Origin: a virus
Virus record (IMG/VR): IMGVR_UViG_3300027747_002969
Coordinates: 20,334 to 84,333 of that record
Strand: one strand, 5' to 3'
Length of the DNA stretch: 64,000 bases
The notes under the pieces were generated by a model, which saw only the letters and a list, made by a program, of their open reading frames with translations, did no database searches and was not told the DNA's origin. This document shows positions 57,855 to 64,000 of the stretch, in pieces. The position numbers and the translations under genes were made by a program. Positions within the stretch are counted from its first letter, which is position 1. Each line of letters begins with the position of its first letter.

Positions 57855-60800
57855 TGCTGTTGTTTATCCCTAATACTGAATCAGTCAGACTCTGCACTAT
57901 CTGCACGTTGTTTACGGTTGCACAACTGAGTACTATCTGATCAGGACCCACTTGTATTTCAAAAAGATTACCAAAAACCGCCTGCGCACTGATGGGTTTC
58001 ATTACGATGCTGCCGATTATAGTAGCAAGATTTTGATGGATATATGCAGCCATTTCTGTAAAGAAAAAACTATCACCAAAATCCCAATTCCTGAGAGAGA
58101 AATATTGGTTTATTGATTGTATAACCAAACTCTGTATTTGATTATTGGTAAAAGTTGTACCAGGAACAGGTACCACAACAAAGTTGGCCTGCAGTTCCTG
58201 CGGTGCTTGTGGACCAAACAACAATACATATGTTACAGGATGCCAAACCATTTGATCTGTCATCATGGCAAATTGATCTAGGTTACTGAATTCTGCTGCC
58301 AGTTGAGCACTGGTTTCGGGTAGAGGCAGTGTGGCCAAACTACCATTAGTGGCAATCCAATTGCGGATATTAGTATCATATGATGTTGTCAACACATACA
58401 TGTCAATGACATTAGTGACTGCCGGGTTAATGCGTTGATCTGTTGGCGGAGTATGCACCCAGAGAAAACTTAGATTATTGCGACCAATACGTACTTTATA
58501 CTTTGTCGTGACATCTACCAATGTACCTACAACTTCCGCGGAGATGCTTTGGTATTGATACATAACTGATTGATTCATGACCCAGACAATTTTTCCTTGG
58601 ACCCAATAGGGATTTATAACCACTTGGCCTTTGACGATAATAGTAATAGGTGGTATCTGATTGACTGTTTGGAAAATCTGTGACAGTGGTATTTCGATTG
58701 GTTGCCAATATTGATAGCCGTCACTTGAAGTAACAGATACCCAAAACAACAGTAGTTGTGGGGTATCACTGGGGTTTACTACCTGATTGTATTCATTTGG
58801 ATCATTTGGAACACCGTAGTTATTGCTCTGCCACATGGTGACATGCACGCTGCTGGGGTTGGTATAACCATCTGGATCTGTTTGCTGACCTATGATTTGC
58901 CACAGATAATCTTTGCCTAGAGATGGGTTGGGATAAAATCCTAGTATTACATTAGTACCAGATACTGTAATTGCATGATTGATACTGACAGTATTGCCAA
59001 CTATACTGACTACCTTTGATCCTGCTGGTATTCCTGCGCCTATTACTATTAATCCCACTGATAGACCTGTTGTAGACAGGACAGAAAAAGAATAGGAACC
59101 TCTGGTTACAATTGGTGCAGTGGTTTGATAACTGGCAGTTTGGCTATTGGAATTGGTGCTGAGAATATTGATATAGTCATAGTTAGTTGAACCTGTATTG
59201 GGGTCAAAAGACTTGTTGAAATTATCAAAATAGAACTGATTCTGCGATGCACTTTCAAAAATATAACGCAGCGCCCGGGCATTGACTGTCCAACCTGCGC
59301 CGGTCCATGTTACTAGTAATAACCAACTGTTGTCTTTGTTGGTGTTGGAAGTATCCCCAGCATACAGCATGCTGAAAGTGTTATTAGAGTTCAAATCGAC
59401 CGTGGGGACTACTACCCAATAGTCCAGAGTACCTACACTGTTGGGCACACCTGCCTGGGAATAACGTATGCCAAATGTATTACGCAACGCCATTGCTGCG
59501 GCAATGGCTGTGACAGCGGTAGCACTTAGAGTTGTATGATATGCTGGTATGATAGACACTGGAATGTCGTTAGATGCAACTGGTATGCTCAATGTAATGG
59601 CCCCCGGACCAGCATTTGGACCTGAGGTTACACCATTGGTCGAACCTGTGAGATTAACCCCTGTGCCGTCACCTACTACACCAACCACCGATGCAACTGC
59701 ACCGCTGGCAAATTGAATAATTGCGCCTTTGGTAATATATAGCAGAAATGAAGTTCTGGGAGCAAAACTTCCTACCTGGACTGCAACGGCTCCAACATAA
59801 ATTGCTCCTGAACAGGTTTTGGTTGAACTTGTCACAGTACCCCATGTATAGCCATTTGGTATTGCTACAGTTGGATAGTTGTAGAAATAAAATTGTTCTA
59901 ATTCTATAGCATCAAGCTGATGACCAAAACTCCCATTGATCATCGGCTGTATTTGTGTTTTAACAATAACATTGAGATTTATGCCCGGAGCATTTGTAAC
60001 AATATTAGTGCTGAGATCGTTTTCACTGTAAAAAATACCATCTGTGCAGACCACGTTGAGACCGTTGTAAGTACCGGTTGGATCGTTAACACTGAGATAT
60101 CTGCTTTGTCCGCTGTAGAATCTATTTACTGCTTTGACTTTTAATATAGCTGCTTCGCTCAACGGGAACAGGTTATAGTCTTCGCCGTTTACCATTCTAT
60201 CCTGGGTATAGTAGGTTTGGGGAGCATTCAGTGCTATTTGTGCATTGGTTTCTCCACTTTGGGCGTTGGTTACAGTATATTGGAGGTTGGTGGTTAAGGC
60301 AATGTTCCAAATATTATTGAGATTGTCTACATATGAAAAAGCAAACACTTGATTTACAATATCATTTGGTGTGATTTGATAAGTCAAATTGTTACTGATG
60401 CGATACCATACTCGGACAATACCAATTGGTACATTACCAAAAGTACCGTCAGCAAATCTTATACTGATTTGATCACCGCCTGCTACGTTGCGGCTGATTA
60501 CACTGTAGATATTGCGAACGTTGTTGGCAAGGCTGTTGTATATTATGTTTGACCCGACAACTGCTGGAACTGGTATCCATTGGTTAATTACCAAACCGTT
60601 GGCATCAATGGTTTGCACCCAAACATCTGTTTGATTGACATTTGACGCATTGACATCTATGATACGGTTGGCAATTGGCTGACTGCACTGGTAATCCTGA
60701 TATTGCATGGTACCTTGTTTAAAGTACAAAAAGAATCCAGTGTTTGGTGATGAAAACCCGTTGCCGTCATTTTGGAAAATTATGTTCCAACTATTCAGAG

Positions 60801-61524
60801 GATTGGGGTTTATTTCGAAGAATGAGCCAGAGTTAAGAATGTTGGTATTGGTGCCCCCTTTGAATCCAGGGTTAATCAATTCAAGGTTCAGCGTATTTCC
60901 AGCAGCCGTTGCAGTGAAGGGCAGCACGCTGGTTGGTATAGATGTGTTATTCATAGTATACAGTTGAGTTGATATACCATTAACAGTGCCAGATTGAGCC
61001 GGATTACCAAAGGGATTGGTACTGTTGAAACTGGCACTCATCACCAGTATAAACTGTTCATACCAATTGGGATTATTAAGATCATTCCAATTGATCTTTA
61101 TGTTCTGAAGATTGTTGCCATCTGCATCTATTACCGGTTGATCGGTTATCACGCTGGTGATCTGCAATTGACCACTGGCAGGGATGCTGCGCTGTGGTTG
61201 ATAACTCAACATCCTGGCCAGTTTGAAGATACTGTCTCTGCGTTGCGCAGTTTCTATAAAATTCTCTCGAGTATTGAGATCCATACGGAACGCAATGCTT
61301 TGGCCAAGATAGGCTAGAAGATCAATCAGTGCAACAAATTCGCTGCTTTCGATCCAGTCTGTAAAATCTTCTGGATAATTCAACCTAATGTAGTTGATCA
61401 TAGCAGAACGTATGGTTTGGAAATCATACGCACTGAAATTAATCTGCGTATACGCAGTATAGATGACCTGCCAGTCATGGGCGGCAAATAATTGGCTCTG
61501 TCTTACCTGTTGTGTAGTCGCCAT
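57847..61524 (-). CDS. Baseplate wedge protein (T4 gp6-like)
   Basis: YDFQTIR, LIDLLAY, ENFIETAQRRDS, LSYQP, FADGTFGNVP, QDRMVNGEDY. Confidence 0.85.
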   Translation of the reverse strand: MATTQQVRQSQLFAAHDWQVIYTAYTQINFSAYDFQTIRSAMINYIRLNYPEDFTDWIESSEFVALIDLLAYLGQSIAFRMDLNTRENFIETAQRRDSIFKLARMLSYQPQRSIPASGQLQITSVITDQPVIDADGNNLQNIKINWNDLNNPNWYEQFILVMSASFNSTNPFGNPAQSGTVNGISTQLYTMNNTSIPTSVLPFTATAAGNTLNLELINPGFKGGTNTNILNSGSFFEINPNPLNSWNIIFQNDGNGFSSPNTGFFLYFKQGTMQYQDYQCSQPIANRIIDVNASNVNQTDVWVQTIDANGLVINQWIPVPAVVGSNIIYNSLANNVRNIYSVISRNVAGGDQISIRFADGTFGNVPIGIVRVWYRISNNLTYQITPNDIVNQVFAFSYVDNLNNIWNIALTTNLQYTVTNAQSGETNAQIALNAPQTYYTQDRMVNGEDYNLFPLSEAAILKVKAVNRFYSGQSRYLSVNDPTGTYNGLNVVCTDGIFYSENDLSTNIVTNAPGINLNVIVKTQIQPMINGSFGHQLDAIELEQFYFYNYPTVAIPNGYTWGTVTSSTKTCSGAIYVGAVAVQVGSFAPRTSFLLYITKGAIIQFASGAVASVVGVVGDGTGVNLTGSTNGVTSGPNAGPGAITLSIPVASNDIPVSIIPAYHTTLSATAVTAIAAAMALRNTFGIRYSQAGVPNSVGTLDYWVVVPTVDLNSNNTFSMLYAGDTSNTNKDNSWLLLVTWTGAGWTVNARALRYIFESASQNQFYFDNFNKSFDPNTGSTNYDYINILSTNSNSQTASYQTTAPIVTRGSYSFSVLSTTGLSVGLIVIGAGIPAGSKVVSIVGNTVSINHAITVSGTNVILGFYPNPSLGKDYLWQIIGQQTDPDGYTNPSSVHVTMWQSNNYGVPNDPNEYNQVVNPSDTPQLLLFWVSVTSSDGYQYWQPIEIPLSQIFQTVNQIPPITIIVKGQVVINPYWVQGKIVWVMNQSVMYQYQSISAEVVGTLVDVTTKYKVRIGRNNLSFLWVHTPPTDQRINPAVTNVIDMYVLTTSYDTNIRNWIATNGSLATLPLPETSAQLAAEFSNLDQFAMMTDQMVWHPVTYVLLFGPQAPQELQANFVVVPVPGTTFTNNQIQSLVIQSINQYFSLRNWDFGDSFFFTEMAAYIHQNLATIIGSIVMKPISAQAVFGNLFEIQVGPDQIVLSCATVNNVQIVQSLTDSVLGINNSNG

Positions 61525-61537
61525 CGATAAATTCCTT

Positions 61538-61921
61538 TTACGCTAAAGCTGCGCTGCGATTATCAAAGTTGATTTCAAATGTACCAATTGCCTGCCATGG
61601 CACATAGAACAAGGTCATCTGTATGCTTAATCCAAACTGCTGTTGTGCTACGTTTATGGATTGAATCTGCACTCTTGGATCGTTGTTGATCACCTGTTGT
61701 GCTTCTGATATTATGATGTCTCGTACCTGATCAATTGGTTCGAAGAGATAATCCCATCCTCCAAATCCATAGCCGGGCATCATTACTCTTTCGTTCTTAC
61801 GGGTATAAAACACATTCAACAGGTCTTGATTGACTATTGCTATGTCAGCCAATTGCTGGCTGCCAAAGGTGTTTACGGTAGAATACCCAACGAACATGTT
61901 TTTGCTTGTTAGTGTTGCCAT
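61538..61921 (-). CDS. Baseplate wedge subunit (T4 gp25-like)
   Basis: DLLNVFYTRKNERVMMPGYG...LFEP...DPRV; TAAATA 5 nt upstream. Confidence 0.88.
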   Translation of the reverse strand: MATLTSKNMFVGYSTVNTFGSQQLADIAIVNQDLLNVFYTRKNERVMMPGYGFGGWDYLFEPIDQVRDIIISEAQQVINNDPRVQIQSINVAQQQFGLSIQMTLFYVPWQAIGTFEINFDNRSAALA

Positions 61922-62051
61922 AGCGATATTTATCCAGGTACAAGATGGTGATATTTAGGAACTTGCGGATCATAGCAGATTGCAGCAGGGTTTTGGTTGA
62001 CAGAAGATTTTTGTCTGCTATTCTGTAGGCATGGCAAGCAAGGAGATCGAA

Positions 62052-62756
62052 ATGTCAACTTGGACCGTAAATCCGCAAGCTGCAGTCACTGCCGAATTTC
62101 TAGTGTGCAAGTTGGCCAACATGTGCGATGGCGCAGCCAGCGAAGATGGCAATGGCTTCAACAAGAATGACACGGATTTTGGTCACAGCCTTGCTAGTGC
62201 TGCTGCAGCAGGTCGTGCGTGGACTATCAAACAGGCCGCGGCTGCACTGAAAATAATTCGCAAATACCAACGTCAGATCGGTGGCAAAGAATTCATAGAC
62301 AACTGGCTAGACCAGCCTGTGTTTCGGCAACAGCCGGCAGATTCTACTGCCGAAAAGCCTGTACCAACTCGTCGATTGACCAGTCGGGACACTGTAGCTG
62401 TTTTGTCTTTTGTCTATGATCTCGAGTTGGTCACCGCTGTCAAAGCCATAAAAGGAGAGCACCGCGGTAAGAAATTTTGGGCTAGTTGGGATGCCAATAC
62501 TCGCGTGTGGACCGTGCCGGTAAATGAAACCAGTATAGTGAAAATTATGGAGATTGCTGAGCAATGGAAGTTTGAAGTCGAACAGAGATTCACAGACTAT
62601 CTAGACAGAGTACAGGCCAAAACTGCAGAAAGCCGTGTGATGCTGGCACTGAATGACAATAGAAACATTATCCTGTGCGGGGATACTGTGATAATTTCCA
62701 TTGATGATGTTGAAGTACTAAAAGAGTTTTCTCAAGAACTGGGTTTAACCATTTGA
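62052..62756 (+). CDS. HARP-like domain protein
   Basis: DGNGFNKND...WTIKQ helical domain plus SFVYDLELVTAVKAI...WDANTRVWTVP; TTGACA at 61997, AAGGAG RBS. Confidence 0.55.
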   Translation: MSTWTVNPQAAVTAEFLVCKLANMCDGAASEDGNGFNKNDTDFGHSLASAAAAGRAWTIKQAAAALKIIRKYQRQIGGKEFIDNWLDQPVFRQQPADSTAEKPVPTRRLTSRDTVAVLSFVYDLELVTAVKAIKGEHRGKKFWASWDANTRVWTVPVNETSIVKIMEIAEQWKFEVEQRFTDYLDRVQAKTAESRVMLALNDNRNIILCGDTVIISIDDVEVLKEFSQELGLTI

Positions 62757-62819
62757 ATCGCATATGGCTTTGATATAATGCTGTGATTAATCCGTCAGAT
62801 ATTTGGATAAATAAGACGC

Positions 62820-63704
62820 ATGGCAAACATTTGGATCCTTTCTAGAAAAACTATTCAGGAATATGAGAATCGTCGTCTTCTAGAGAGTTTTGCTGATCAA
62901 AACATCACAAGCATCCTGGTACATCCAGATACATTAGATCTAGTGGTCAATAAAAAAGACCTTGCTAACATTTGGCTAAACGGCATACGAGCGGACATGC
63001 CTGATGCAGTGTTGGCAAGAACTGGTAGTGGCTCAAATTATTTTTGTCTTGCAGCCATGAGACAGATGGAAAACCTTGGTGTTCCGGTGATCAACAATGG
63101 CGAAAGCATTGACCGTGTTAAGGACAAATTAGAAACCAGCCAGTTGCTGGCTCGTCACGGTATACCAATTCCCAAGACCATGCTGGTACGTTGGCCAATC
63201 AACGAAGATTTGGTCTCTAGTGAGATAGGTTGGCCTTGCGTAGTCAAAGTCATAACTGGCAGTTATGGCAAGGGCGTGTATCTCTGCAAGGACCGCAACA
63301 GTTTTGCCGAAGTTATGGAATTGATCAACAGCCTCAGTACCAACAAGAGTTTGATCATTCAGGAATATATCGGATACAAGCCCGGAACCGATCTGCGTGT
63401 GTGGGTCGTAGGTGGCAAGGTCATCGGAGCTATGCAACGTACTTCGGCTAATGACTTTCGGGCCAACATCAGCAATGGCGGCACCGGTTCTCCACATGAA
63501 ATCACTCCAGAAATTGAATTTATCGCTCGCGAAACTGCTCGCATTCTAGGGCTTGACATAGCAGGAGTTGACCTGTTGTTCGATATAGACGGCTTCAAGG
63601 TTTGTGAAGCCAACAGTGCCCCGGGCTTTGAAGGTTTTGAGACCTACTGCGGTCAGGACATGGCCAAGGCCATAGTTGACTACATTAATTTCCGCATATC
63701 TTAG
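62820..63704 (+). CDS. rimK: RimK-family ATP-grasp alpha-L-glutamate ligase
   Basis: DKLET, IPIPKT, PCVVK..GSYGKGV, QEYI, DLRV, FRANISNGG, GVDLL, EANSAPGFEG. Confidence 0.9.
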   Translation: MANIWILSRKTIQEYENRRLLESFADQNITSILVHPDTLDLVVNKKDLANIWLNGIRADMPDAVLARTGSGSNYFCLAAMRQMENLGVPVINNGESIDRVKDKLETSQLLARHGIPIPKTMLVRWPINEDLVSSEIGWPCVVKVITGSYGKGVYLCKDRNSFAEVMELINSLSTNKSLIIQEYIGYKPGTDLRVWVVGGKVIGAMQRTSANDFRANISNGGTGSPHEITPEIEFIARETARILGLDIAGVDLLFDIDGFKVCEANSAPGFEGFETYCGQDMAKAIVDYINFRIS

Positions 63705-63757
63705 ATTGACAACATTGTAGGCGATGCTAATATACGGCATCAAGGACGGAGGTTCGC

Positions 63758-64000
63758 ATGCTTTCAGTAGCCGCAACCGTTGCTAACGTATGCAAGATTA
63801 ATAGGTTAGCCGTAAAACATGGATTGACTATTGATCCAGAGGTATTGTCAGTGCTTGACAATATTCCGCGTGTGACCACCATACCTGGTTTTGCTTTCAC
63901 GCTCAAAGATTATCAAGCTGAAGGTGTGGCTTGGCTGGAACGACAGGACGGCTGCGGTCTCCTTGCCGATGAACAAGGAACTGGTAAAACCGTGCAGGTT
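63758..64000 (+). CDS. SNF2-family helicase, 5' part (truncated by the window edge)
   Basis: Own translation: TLKDYQAEGVAWL...LLADEQGTGKTVQ (Q-motif plus Walker A); GGAGG RBS; TTGACA at 63706. Confidence 0.85.
   Translation, partial: MLSVAATVANVCKINRLAVKHGLTIDPEVLSVLDNIPRVTTIPGFAFTLKDYQAEGVAWLERQDGCGLLADEQGTGKTVQV

Noticed and set aside
1-64000. tRNA, rRNA, integrase, transposase or reverse transcriptase genes
   Set aside because: None recognised by eye in the intergenic regions or ORFs

Overview
A 64-kb segment of a large T4-like (jumbo) myovirus genome. Evidence: B-family DNA polymerase, gp45-like clamp, T4-type RNase H, Rnl1, ThyX, gp25/gp6-like baseplate genes, a 3732-aa baseplate protein and T4-type TAAATA late promoters. 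Most of 232-38592 is on the + strand (replication, nucleotide metabolism, DNA modification, accessory genes), 38602-61921 is a - strand late block (baseplate, tail, four glycosyltransferase-like genes), and HARP-like, RimK and SNF2 genes lie at the right end. Main highlights: (1) the DNA polymerase is broken three different ways: a split in the fingers domain, an ORF-less group I intron inside motif B, and a naturally split intein inside motif C with a possible decayed endonuclease between the halves; (2) an expanded 7-deazaguanine DNA-modification locus (FolE, QueD, QueE, DpdA/TGT-like, a second QueD-like T-fold protein, YhhQ) with no QueC in the window but with a SAM methyltransferase, a PaaK-like adenylating enzyme and two glycosyltransferases, which may make an undescribed hypermodified base; (3) many late genes appear leaderless; (4) a recurrent GCGGTAGTTCAC motif at gene boundaries. 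All calls come from reading motifs by eye; no searches were run.
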